From the NCBI GenBank assembly GCA_951406725.2, contig OX597817.1, forward strand, positions 107,880,001 through 107,944,000: 64,000 bases of DNA. Reading direction: 5' to 3'. Shown here piece by piece: positions 43,277-55,709 of this stretch (position 1 is the stretch's first letter; each line of letters begins with the position of its first letter). The stretch comes from Octopus vulgaris (taxonomy: Eukaryota). Under the pieces are notes generated by a model. It had not been told where the DNA came from. It did not search any database and saw only the letters and a program-made list of their open reading frames with translations. A program made the translations under genes and the position numbers.

Positions 43277-43330
<54 letters not shown>

Positions 43331-43368
43331 CTGTCCGATGAACGGCAACGGGAAACTCAGAGTAACAG
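43331..43368 (+). ncRNA. Minimal type I hammerhead variant (CCGAUGA core, GNRA-capped stem II)
   Basis: CTGT-CCGATGA-aCG gcaa CGg-GAAA-CTCaGAG-TA-ACAG inside a ~75-bp insert between (TA)n tracts. Confidence 0.6.
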
Positions 43369-43400
43369 GTTTTGTTGAATTTTCTGCTGCTTTAAATAAA

Positions 43401-43453
<53 letters not shown>

Positions 43454-43457
<4 letters not shown>

Positions 43458-44706
43458 CATGCAGGAAGTAAATAGACACCTTTAATTTTGAAAATCTTTT
43501 ATTTAATACGCAAAGCGAACAATTGAAATGTAATCGATAGGTCGGACTACATACTTTAGTATTTAGCTGACATTCCCTTTGCAGATTTTAATTCAGAAAC
43601 TCTTTTTGGCATTGAACTGATGAGCTTTATGATTGTCTCTTGTGGAATTTCTGCCCACTTTTCACGCAACAATCGAAACAATTTATCTTTAGATTTAGGT
43701 TTCTGTGGAGATTTCCGTATAGCTCTATTTAGTATGCTCCAAAGATTTTCAATTGAGTTCATGTCAGGAGATTGGCTCGGCCAAGGAAGCTTCTTGATTC
43801 CATTTTCAATCAGCCATTGTTGATTCCTTTTCGCTGTGTGACATGGAGCCCCATCTCCCATGAATAAAACTCATTTTTTGTTATGCTAACGTGTGAATAC
43901 ATCAGAAGTAGTCCTTGCTTAAGTATTTCGATGTATTTTTCAGAGTTTATGGTTCCAACACATTCGATCAGCTCAGAACGATCCATTACTGGTGACAGCT
44001 CCCCATACCATTACAGAGATACCGTCATGTTTCATAGTTGGTTGGAGTTGTTTCAAATCAAATTCTTGATTGGGAAGCCTCAAGACCCAAACACGTCCAC
44101 TGTCTGAAAATATGCAAATTTGGATTCATCTGAGATAATCACTCTATCCCAAAAAGAAGTGGATTTTTCTGACATTTCCTTAGCCCATTTCTTTTTTTTT
44201 TTTCATGATATTAATTGATTGAAGGAGACGTTTTCTTCAAACTGCTCGTCCATAATACCCAAGCTTATGCAGATATGTTACACACATTCTTGGACTAACT
44301 TCTAGCTGTTTTGCAATGTCAGAAGCCTTCGAACGGGTTTCATTTTCGACAATTCTCTTCAACAGCGAAGTTTCCTTTCCGAGGGCCCAGGTCGGCCGGG
44401 ACGAGAATCTGCTGATTTTTTTCCCCTTGGCTTTTGAATTATTCTATAATTCTATTAACATTAGCAAGAGGAATTTGAAGATTTTCGGCAATTTTTCGCT
44501 TGCTAAGACCAGCCTCAGATTGGCCAACAATACGACCTATTTGAAAATCTGACAATTCTGCTGAATTTTTCTGTGCGTGGCATGGTTACTCTTTGCAAAT
44601 GTTTAATATAATGACACCTGGAATGAAAAAGAATAATTACATTGTAAATTCTACATTGCTGAAAACATTAAGACGCTTAGATCAGAAATTCTGAAAATTA
44701 AAGGTA

Positions 44707-44710
<4 letters not shown>
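43454..44710 (-). mobile_element. Tc1 (DD34E) transposon, decayed
   Basis: ORF 43556-43861 reads GDGAPCHTAK..WPSQSPDMNSIENLW; WDRVIISDESKF lies upstream; ACCTTTAATTTT inverted at both ends. Confidence 0.9.
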
Positions 44711-44754
<44 letters not shown>

Positions 44755-45205
44755 CACACAACACACACAGCACACACACATATATACATACATATATGAA
44801 TGTACGTACATATACATACATACATACATACAAACATATATATATAGACATACGACAGGCTTCTTTTATTGATTGGTCAATTGGAACAAAATTTGGTCGC
44901 TACTGCACGATAATAGACAACATGTACACAAAGTGTCACGAATTGGGACTGAACACACAACCATGTATTGGGGAAGTAAAATTTTTACCATACAGCTATA
45001 TACACAAACGCACATACAGACACATGCTCATATGTATGGATATACGCTCTTACATACACATTCATTATATATCTATACATGTTCATACAAATATACACGT
45101 CTGTGTGAATCTGTTGACTTAGAAAAAGTGTTAGTTTCGAAAAGGGCCAGGATGGAAAAACGGACAAAAAAGAATAGAAGGGAACAATGAAAGCATATAT
45201 ATATT

Positions 45206-45274
<69 letters not shown>

Positions 45275-45304
45275 ACATACATATATATACATATATATAC
45301 ATAC

Positions 45305-45336
<32 letters not shown>

Positions 45337-45337
<1 letters not shown>

Positions 45338-45579
45338 ACAATGATAAATCTCAGAGCGAGTTATAAACAGTAGCGGTAACGCATCGTGATGCATATATGC
45401 CATTTGAATATGGCTAACCCATAAGGGTGGATGCTACTGTAGTTTGTAGCCCCAGGAAGATATCTCCTCCAGCTGGCTATAGACACACTATCTGTGTCCT
45501 GTCAGTATTTGTGAAGGGGAGTCATCCTCCCCGTCTTCAACACATGATACACACGTACCCGAGTTTCAAGGTGTTTACC

Positions 45580-45580
<1 letters not shown>
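45337..45580. repeat. Structured non-coding repeat in (TA)n; permuted relative of 55323-55680
   Basis: Shared blocks GAGCGAG.TATAAACAGTAGC, TGGCTAACCC, GATGCTACTGTAG.TTGTAGCCCCA and TGATACACACG.ACCCGA. Confidence 0.8.
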
Positions 45581-45631
<51 letters not shown>

Positions 45632-45660
45632 CATACATATATATACATATATATACATAC

Positions 45661-45714
<54 letters not shown>

Positions 45715-45717
<3 letters not shown>

Positions 45718-46018
45718 ACTTATAAACAAGGGGAAAAGAAAATTATTTCTATGCCAATATGCTGATAACAGACTTTTAAATCGTCAATTTCCACATATTA
45801 TTATATACCCACTACAGAAATCTATGAGATTAATTCCGAAATTGATTCAATATAGAAATAACGACCATTTAAAAAAAATCTGTTGGCTAGCTTACCTCGA
45901 TTTCAGCACAAGGTATTTCTGTAGTGAGTATATAATAAGCGGAAATTGACGATTTAAAAGTATGTTATCAACATATTGGCATAGAAATAATTTGCTTTTG
46001 CCCTTGTTTATAAGTTGT
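45715..46018. repeat. Inverted-repeat cassette (arms 45715-45821 / 45915-46018) between (TA)n tracts
   Basis: The arms are reverse complements; the tail AAAGGTATTTTAATATGCTG.CCACTGAT is shared with ~62410-62440. Confidence 0.8.
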
Positions 46019-46079
46019 TTATAATTTTAACCTTTAAAGGTATTTTAATATGCTGCCACTGATGAAATTTTTTTCGGTA

Positions 46080-46128
<49 letters not shown>

Positions 46129-46170
46129 ATATATATATTTCCCTTCCATATATATGTACACACTCACATG

Positions 46171-46283
<113 letters not shown>

Positions 46284-47368
46284 GTATGTGTGTGTAAATA
46301 TAATTTATGATAGAAATTTAGTTTCATTTCGATCAGGATACCAACGACTTCAGAATAAAACATCTCATTTCAGTCCACCTGCATTTAGCATCTCTGACTG
46401 TCATTCACTCCCACTCCGTTAGTTTTTCTAAGTTTCTGTCGTCCAACTTGACCGATTCATTGGATTTTATAATATTTAAGATAAGAAAAGAAAACTGAAT
46501 AGACTTTCAAATACAAAAGACAAACTGAATAACTAAGAAAAGACTTTGTTATACAAGAGAGTAAAAACGCTTTTGGATAATTTAGAAAACTATTTCATGA
46601 AGAATTCTAGAAACAATTGCAAAAATTTAACAGGATGACTCCAACTCGTTTCGAATGATTTAGAAAGTATAAATGTTAAAAATTGGAACAAACTTAACAG
46701 CTTCAGACGTTAAAGTGCTATTCATACAAAAAAAAAATGTGTGTGCGTGTGTTTGTGCGTGTGTATGTATGTATGTATGTATGTATGTATGTATGTATGT
46801 ATGTATGTATGTATGTATGTATGTATGTATGTATGTATGCATGTATGCATGTAGGTATGTATGTATATGTGTGTATATATATATATATGTGTGTGTGTGT
46901 GTCTGTGTGCGCGCGCACGCCTGCATATGTATATAACATTGTTCGTTGTGTATTTGGTCAATGAGACAGACGGAAGATGGAAAATACGAGAAATTTTATT
47001 GATAAACACAATTGTTTAGACCTACCTAGTATCAATCCCTCACGAGTGCAATACTTAACTACTTGTTCAGGAACATTCGATGGTGTAGATGTGTTTCTTC
47101 TGGTGATAAAGAAATATATCTCGTTAAAATAACAGTTATCTTCAAAGCTCGTGTAAACAAAAGTAGCAAATTATAGGATATTGATTCATTTATATAGAAG
47201 ATCAATAATAATAACTAACAGATTCAAAACAGAAACGAACACATAATACAGTGAAAAAGTATTAAATATAACCGTTAACGGATATGGATGTATAAATGCT
47301 CTCGCGTTTATACATCCATATCAAAACAATTGTGATGATTAATAAAAATTCCAAATAATAACAATAAC

Positions 47369-47431
<63 letters not shown>

Positions 47432-47435
<4 letters not shown>

Positions 47436-47778
47436 GATGACAACGTTTCTCTAAAAGAAATAGAGAAACTTTCAAAATACAAAGACCTGGAAATAGAGGT
47501 AACTCGAATGTGGAATCTAAAAACAGAAACAATTCCTATCATAGTAGGCGCATTAGGTATGATAAAAAAATATTCAGACAAATACATAACAAAAACACCA
47601 GGACTTATGAATATATATAACATACAGAAAATTGCACTACTGGGCACTGCACACATCCTACGCAAAACACTCTCAATACAGTAACCATAAGAGCATCCCA
47701 ACATACCACAGCACGTAGCCAAGGCACACAGAGCTGCGCTCGGTAGTGAAGTGAAAGCACGATATAAAAATAAAAGTA

Positions 47779-47785
<7 letters not shown>
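47432..47785 (+). mobile_element. 5'-truncated R4/Dong-clade LINE 3' end (RLE endonuclease C-terminus) in (AAT)n
   Basis: Translates as KEIEKLSKYKDLEIEVTRMWNLKTETIPIIVGALG..IQKIALLGTAHILRK*; (AAT)n on both sides. Confidence 0.9.
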
Positions 47786-47857
<72 letters not shown>

Positions 47858-48229
47858 GAATGAATGAATGGAGCTGGTACAGCGGGCAAACATCAACATG
47901 TCTGCGAGAACTCAATATATTTAGCGGGACACCACTTTATGTATGTACTGATCGATGCAACACAATTGGATTCACAACACCCCACCCATAAAGGACAGTC
48001 GCAGGAGGGGTCGAAACGATCGTCGTACTGAATAAAGACTAATGCCAAATCCATCTTCTACTACATTCATCGATTATTATTATTATCTTAACTAACACTG
48101 CGGAATTCCTGAAGTAGATCCAACGGAAATACACCGCAACCACGGATGACAACAGGTAGCCCAAACTGTAAACTACCTTACTCAAAACACTAATTGAAAA
48201 ATACTAAGTTCCCAAAAGTACACACACAT

Positions 48230-48262
<33 letters not shown>

Positions 48263-48676
48263 GCACACACACAAAGACACGAAGTGTATTGTATATATAT
48301 ATTGATAATTATTACAATACGTCATTCATTAGACGCAATTTTAGCTAAATCTATGCGTAGATATATATGCATGTATGTATGTAAATATGTTTCTGTGTAG
48401 ATCTCGGTGTGTATTTATGTATCTATATACGAAAATATTTACATATACCTGTAGCTATATGTGTATACATGTATTTATATGAATGATTAGTAAGTGCTTA
48501 CGTACATCATCTTAATCTATTGTGCTTACTTCATCTTAATCTATTGTGTAAACATTAGAGAACATATTGAGTTACAGGAACAGGAAATCGTTTTTTTTTA
48601 TACGTACATTCAAGAAGACACACACACACACACAGATTATATAATTACCAGAATAGTAGTAATGTGTAAATTACGA

Positions 48677-48758
<82 letters not shown>

Positions 48759-48864
48759 AGAGAGAGAGAAAGAGAGAGAGTGAAAGAAAGAGAGAGAAAG
48801 AGAGAGAGAGAAAGAGAGAGAGAGAAAGAAAGAGAGAGAGAGAGAAAGAGAAAGAGAGAGTGAA

Positions 48865-48912
<48 letters not shown>

Positions 48913-49745
48913 TGAAAGATAGATAGAGAGAGAGAAAAAGAGAGATTCACATCCTTATGCATTGAGTCTCATTGTGAAATTGATGTTAGCATGTTTGGTA
49001 GCGTGAGACGAGCATCGAACAGACCGATTTCTTTGTTTCTTAATATCTCACATATGCAATTTTCCCTTTTGTCAATGTATTTTAAAATAAAGATTTTACT
49101 ATGTTCTACCTTTATACAGCTTCATTTATAATGGCTGTTATTGTTGCTGTTCAGTCACAAATTTTCTCTGATCAAGCACATCTATAAGGAACAGTGATCT
49201 TAGTTTAATATATCCTACGTTGAACGGTGATCCTATTTCTTTTTTTTACATATGCTGAACAACGATATTCGCTGTACCTCTCGTTATAATGAATGAATGA
49301 ATGAATTAATTAATTAATTATCGATGTAACGTGGTGATATGATTCGAGAATTTAGCTGCTACTTTTAGGAAGTTGTGTGACCACATTGAGGCTTTCCTCG
49401 TTTACTTGATTTACAATGGTATTTGGCTTAAGCTGAGATTTTGGATTAAATAAAGTTTCTGTGAATGTAACCTAGATTTTATCACTTTTAGCTTTAACGT
49501 ATAATCCTTTGTTTTCTAGGACATAATAATGCAAGTAAATATTTTATTTATCTATCTTTACTAATCTTTTCATATTTGTAAATACTTTGGTGGCATAGTT
49601 AGACATTGTCCACCTCTTAAATTCATTTATTGTGTGAAATAATTCTACTTAACTGGATTTGTTTTAACCTTCTTTCGTGTTAATAATGTATCGATATAGA
49701 AATTTCGTTTTCTAAAGGTTCTCATGCATGCATACATGCACACAC

Positions 49746-49793
<48 letters not shown>

Positions 49794-50143
49794 ACATACA
49801 TACATACATACATACATACATACATACATACATACACATGCACGTATGTGTGTGTGCGTGCCTGTGTTTGTTCGAAATTGCACAAAAATCAACAAAAAAA
49901 ATAAAGACAGAGACACGTGAGGGAAAAACAAACAAGGTATGTCAGTTTGACGCTCCGGCAAAATGCAAGTCTTTGACTTTTCAAGCTTAAGCTCTTCTAC
50001 AAAAAGGAACGAAGAAAGAAAACAGACGAGGAAAGGAAAAACACTGGCGAAAGAGAAAAACGTGTCTGGATTAATGGTTAATACATGTTGAATTGACCGC
50101 AAGGGAAGATGTGGTTGGAGACAAACGTGGCAAGGGAGAGAAT

Positions 50144-50227
<84 letters not shown>

Positions 50228-50790
50228 TGATGTATGTGAACATGCAGTTTTGACGCTGACTTCTTAACCTCCTAGCCAAGCCTTCGCAAGTGTCGCATAT
50301 ACGAATAGGCATTGATTTATTCTCAAAATCAGATCGTGGTTGTTTTCAACTAGAGATGTTATCTTCAATAAAGTTATGGCTAGCTTTTGTTAGATAATGC
50401 AGATTCAGATTTTGTTGGTTGTGAACAAATCATTCTGCAGATGACCTCTATGTCTTATTACATAGTATCTTTAGGATTACGTTATGCAGTGTGTTCTTTT
50501 TTTGTTGTGGTTTCAATCACTATAATGAACGCTGAAATAAGTTGGTAGGAGGTGGTTTCAAGGAAACTTGGCTATTATTTCTAGCCGGACGAAAGACTTA
50601 GAAGAGGTTTTGTCATATTGAATCGTTTTTTTTTTTTTTTTTTTTTGAAAATTAATAATTACTAAGATCCACCTGTATTTTATGTTTTGTTGTGACAGAA
50701 GGCATTATATAGTATACTCTGGTAGTATCTGAAATTGAATAGTATGACAAGTACACATACATAGTCTAACGCACACGCATACATACACGC

Positions 50791-50827
<37 letters not shown>

Positions 50828-51050
50828 CAATATAGGGTGGCAAAAAAAAAATTTTGTAGAATTCTTTTTGCCTCCAGCGGCCTAGTGGGAAAAAATTAAA
50901 TAGTCATAAACCATTTTTACGTTCAACATCACAATCAAGGAACGGCCATAATAGGCCATTCACCCACTAGAAATAACAGCCAAAAGCTTTAACCGCAAAA
51001 TAACATTAATACCGTAAACCAGGAGAAAATTGAAAAACTTTTACCCTGTA

Positions 51051-51157
51051 ATTTCTTAGACGATGCACCGTTTCATCTACCGTTTAATGGTAAACTAACC
51101 TGATTAAATTAAATCAAACCAATCCACCATAGGCCCTTAGACTCATCAGTAAGAAAT
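51051..51157 (-). ncRNA. Type I hammerhead ribozyme, unit 1
   Basis: ATTTCTTA-CTGATGA-GTCTA[7x7 loop, 19-bp stem]TAGAT-GAAA-CGGTgcATCG-TC-TAAGAAAT; 8-bp stem I, GUC triplet. Confidence 0.9.
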
Positions 51158-51542
51158 AGCCAAATCGGAGCAGATATTTTTCACGAGGCATTCCTCTTGC
51201 TACCTCGGCAATATCTGACCTAAAATTTTCAAATCGTCGCACTCGCGCTAAATTTATCGGCAGCAAATAAATATAAGCTACCGATTCCCTTACGGAACTA
51301 ACCAGAAAATTCATAATTAATCAATATAGGGTGGCAAAAAAAAATTTTGTAGAATTCTTTTGCCTCCAGCGGCCTAGTGGGAAAAAATTAAATAGTCATA
51401 AACCATTTTTACGTTCAACATCACAATCAAGGAACGGCCATAATAGGCCATTCACCCACTAGAAATAACAGCCAAAAGCTTTAACCGCAAAATAACATTA
51501 ATACCGTAAACCAGGAGAAAATTGAAAAACTTTTACCCTGTA

Positions 51543-51649
51543 ATTTCTTAGACGATGCACCGTTTCATCTACCGTTTAATGGTAAACTAACCTGATTAAA
51601 TTAAATCAAACCAATCCACCATAGGCCCTTAGACTCATCAGTAAGAAAT
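51543..51649 (-). ncRNA. Type I hammerhead ribozyme, unit 2
   Basis: Identical to 51051-51157. Confidence 0.9.
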
Positions 51650-51954
51650 AGCCAAATCGGAGCAGATATTTTTCACGAGGCATTCCTCTTGCTACCTCGG
51701 CAATATCTGACCTAAAATTTTCAAATCGTCGCACTCGCGCTAAATTTATCGGCAGCAAATAAATATAAGCTACCGATTCCCTTTACGGAACTAACCAGAA
51801 AATTCATAATTAATCAATGTGCATCGTCTAAGAAATTACAGGGTAAAAGTTTTTCAATTTTCTCCTGGTTTACGGTATTAATGTTATTTTGCGGTTAAAG
51901 CTTTTGGCTGTTATTTCTAGTGGGTGAATGGCCTATTATGGCCGTTCCTTGATT

Positions 51955-51999
<45 letters not shown>

Positions 52000-52269
52000 A
52001 TGTATGTATGTATATAGTGTAGAACAGAAAGCAGAAATCAACAAAACACAGCATGCGGGAAAAAGATAACGCATACACATACACACACATGTATGTATGT
52101 ATATATATGGATATGAGAGGCTTCTTTCAGTTTCTGACTACCAAATCTATTCACAAGGCTCTCGTCGTCCAGAGGCTAAAGTGGAAGACACTTGCCCAAA
52201 GTGCAACACAATGGGAAGCAAACCTTACAACACAATACATACCTACATACAGACATATACATACATACA

Positions 52270-52829
52270 TACATACATACGTACATACATACGGTCATGC
52301 CTCGATATACGAGATAATTGGTTCCCGGAGACCATTTGTAAAGTGAAAACTCGTAAAGTAGAGCAATAATTTCCCACAGTAGCAATTTGTAATTCGTTCC
52401 CAGAATAATATTTTACCTATAAAATTTATAATATTCATAAATAGATGGCAATAAAACAACAGTAGAATGTAAAGAATATTTTATGTCAAGTAAAAAGAGT
52501 GTCGAGATCATTTATAATTTTAAAAAATATTGTAAGCGTTTTATGAATCACTTTTACGCGCGTTAGACTCGCGCACACTATCACTTGTAGACGCATTCAC
52601 CGATTCACAAGCACTCGTAGACGGACTTGTAGATATCTTTTTAAAAGACAAGTCTAGAGTTGTTTGCTTAGAAGAAGCATTTTTTTCGCTCTCTATAAAT
52701 TTCTCGGTAACACGCAGAAGCATTTGTTATGGTAGTAGAAACTTCTGCACTTCGTTCAAAATTTGGACCTTGTTCTTGAAAACTCGGGGTCTCGTAAAAC
52801 GGTTCCTCGTAAAGTGAGGTATTACTGTA
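52270..52829 (-). mobile_element. Tigger-like non-autonomous element
   Basis: TIRs TA-CGGTCATGCCTCGATATACGAG / CTCGTAAAGTGAGGTATTACTG-TA; the minus strand carries a PNFERSAEV..ACYREI..KQTTLD transposase tail. Confidence 0.7.
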
Positions 52830-54662
52830 CATACATACATACATACATACATACATACATACATACATGGAGAAAGACAGACACATAAACCCGCACGCGC
52901 TGTGTTGATGTATGTGTTAGAGAATAATTGTTGTTAATATTGTAATGTTTATTGTCTCTCAAGCTTTGTGTATATTTAGAGGAACATTTTTTACTTGTTT
53001 TTCCTTCTGTTGTTAGTTGTGTTTATATAATTATGCCGTTACTATTGTTATATTATTATAACTTACAGATAACCGAGAGATATATACCTTGTCTGTTACT
53101 GTGCAAGAGACTAAGAGCACATCGTGGCGTTCTAATTGTTCGCGACAGGATTATTCATAGCATGTCAATATTTATATACTAAGAGCAAACTACCATATCA
53201 ATAATCTGTTATCTTCCCCATCCGCTTAAAATGTCTGACTCTGCAATGTCGACAAGTGCTGATGATATCCAACTTATTGTACGAAAGAAGTTCTGATTTA
53301 GCTACTGCAAATAACGTTGCTAATTAATGAAGCTAGTGTCTGAAATCTCTACTTTTCTTTCTGAACTGTTGAACTGACGTTGGATAGGCTCTAGTTTACA
53401 CAAAAGGGAAAACAATGGCAAGTGGAAAATAGTTTTCACCCTTGAAAAAGGTCATCGTAATTTTGGTACTGGCTGGCTGAGGTGTCAGTCAGCACGGGAA
53501 GTAATAAAACAACATTATGTATAAAAGAAAAGAAGAAAATGCGACTATAATTATTGTTTGCATAATAAAAAAGAATAATCTTTCCTAATTTCATGCAAAT
53601 CCGGTAATATTTCGCCATCAGCATGGTGATGGCTGCACAAACCGTTCTGTGTGAATAACAAACAGGAGATGTAGATTTTCATTCGGAGTTATCTAAATTA
53701 TCTTAAAACCAAGATGTAAAGCATATTCAAACGGAATTCGTTTACTCAGAGGCTGCTTAGAACTATAGTGCTGACTATCTTACGCGTTTTGCTCACTTAA
53801 ATTTGAAAGAAAATGAAAAATATAACCCGTTTTGGTAGCCATTGGACAACGAATACATCCATTAGAATAGTAGAGATTAAATCTCTAAATAGATTTTTGC
53901 TGCATTTGTTTTTTATTGTAGAGACTTGGGTCAACTTCAGTTTAGAAAAAGAAAATGAATGATGACAGGAATAATTGTTTCCTTTTTAAGACAAGGGTCT
54001 CCTTTATTAAAAGGGAAAGTATCGGCTAATACCAGTATATTACCAGTAACACATATGAAAATAGATGAAAGAGCATTTAAATATTGGTGAGCAATCAACC
54101 GAGTATTGAGGAACGAAATATCGACTGGAGTTAAGTTTATAAGTAGGCATGTAACTCTGTCATGAAATACAGTATGTACAGAAAAGTTTGCCACCAACGA
54201 TTCCTCTAAGCTGTGAGCTTGTGTGCATTTTACATCTGGTGCATAAAGGGAAAAAAAACAGTGCACACGCAAGGCTTTCGCGATGGCTATCTGCCACAAT
54301 GTTCATCGCTATGCAGCTATCATGTGATTGTTTTGTGCTTCTAAGAAGGAAATCAAAACTCACTCAAAACGAAAAGGGAAAAACTTTTCTAACTCTTATT
54401 GGACCAGCATTGAGTGAATTTTATAGACAGAAACTGTGTAGGAGTCCGTTGGATGTATGTCCTTGTGTTTGTATTTATCCTCTCACCATTGCTTAAGAAT
54501 CGGTATAAGTTTGCTTACATATCCGTAAAACAGCAGTTCTGTAAAAGAGACTGATACAATAAGACCAAAAAAAAAAGTACTGGAGTCGATTTCTTTGACT
54601 GAACTGTTCATGACGGTGCCCCAGCGTAGCTGCAGTCCAGTGATTGAAACAAGTAAAAGATA

Positions 54663-54734
54663 GAACAGAAATTAATATTCTCTCTTCGCTCCTTTGCGCC
54701 ACATGGGCTTAACTCTCCTCCCTTCTTCATCTAA
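54663..54734 (+). pseudogene. Penelope-like element GIY-YIG endonuclease C-terminal remnant, followed by a C/T-rich 3' UTR
   Basis: Translates as EQKLIFSLRSFAPHGLNSPPFFI*, matching the PLE 'E..LI..L.T..P.GLN' terminus. Confidence 0.7.
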
Positions 54735-55111
54735 CCTCCTCTTCTCTGTTCTCTTCCTCTCACACCTTCCTCCCTTCACTCCCACCCATCTCTCCTTTCT
54801 TGCTCTGACACCTGCTTCCTCTCTTCACTCCTACCCACCTTCTCCTTCCACCCTCTCCCTTCATCGTCACCCCTCCACCGTTACCCCACCCCTACACTTT
54901 CCAACCTCACCATCCCTATACATCCCATCCCATCCCCACCCAATCCCAAATATTCCATTCCCACATGCCCCACCCCACCCTTACACCCCATCCCACATTC
55001 CCACCCTACCCCACCATCGCCTCCCCCACACCCCATAATAATAATAATAGTAATAATAATAACATCGAAAAATAGCTTAGGAATGAGAACCCAGGTTCAA
55101 AATTTCCCCAA

Positions 55112-55157
55112 GACACCTGATGAAAGCTGGAGGGTATATCAGCCGAAATTTTGTGTT
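55112..55157 (+). ncRNA. Minimal type I hammerhead (stem III decayed)
   Basis: GACAC-CTGATGA-a-aGCTG gagggtatat CAGCc-GAAA-tt-TT-GTGTT. Confidence 0.55.
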
Positions 55158-55283
55158 AACAACAGACAAGATGAGGGCAAATGCCCGCCAAATGTAAATA
55201 ATGTACATAATTTCTCATCTCTTAAATATAGAACTGAGATATATATATATATATATATATTTATATACAAATATATATACATA

Positions 55284-55322
<39 letters not shown>

Positions 55323-55326
<4 letters not shown>

Positions 55327-55709
55327 TGAAGTATGTTCGCCACCTAAATGTGGCTAACCCTTTAGGATTGATGCTACTGTAGCTTGTAGCCCCAAGAAGA
55401 CATCTCCAGCTGACTATTAACACACTTTCTGTGCCCTTTCGGTATTTGCAAAGGGAAGTCATCATTCCCATCCCAATCCTGACGTGATACACACGGACCC
55501 GAATTTCCGGGTATTGACCCGCCATTAGCGTGTGACAACCACTGGTTGGCGATGGGAAGTGGTTCTCAATGCAAATATGTTTACTTTTTCCAGTGACGTA
55601 AAGTCACTGATCTCGAAAAAGTGGAAAACAAGCAATAATAAAGCTCTGAGCGAGGTATAAACAGTAGCTGCACGACACCGAGAGAACCAATTCCCATCGC
55701 CAACCAGTA
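55323..55709. repeat. ~358-bp structured repeat monomer plus a short terminal inverted copy
   Basis: Homologous to 45337-45580 in permuted order; ~55682-55709 is the reverse complement of 55541-55567. Confidence 0.8.

Larger units (their letters stand above)
39380..43281. repeat. Large inverted duplication: ~810-bp arms (39380-40193 / 42474-43281) around a ~2.3-kb (TA/CA)-rich spacer
   Basis: The arms are near-identical reverse complements including their compound microsatellites; ORFs 39558-39785(-) and 42653-43102(+) share the same C-terminal text. Confidence 0.92.
50824..51959 (-). mobile_element. Tandem ~493-bp x2 non-coding repeat plus a 141-bp inverted partial copy, flanked by (TA)n; retrozyme / Penelope pLTR-like
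   Basis: Units start at 50824, 51318 and 51811 (stub); 51819-51959 is the reverse complement of ~50928-51068; one HHR per unit. Confidence 0.85.

Noticed and set aside
46045-46080. CCACTGATGAAATTTT
   Set aside because: No downstream GAAA or stem III before the TA tract; the homologue at ~62430 reads CTGATAGA.
51114-51314. 66-aa minus-strand ORF in the tandem unit
   Set aside because: No recognisable motif, it overlaps the ribozyme, and the second unit has a 1-nt insertion near its start.
50824-51818. CRISPR array or LTR retrotransposon interpretation of the direct repeats
   Set aside because: The units are contiguous ~493-bp repeats with no spacers, no TG..CA ends, no PBS/PPT and no internal region.
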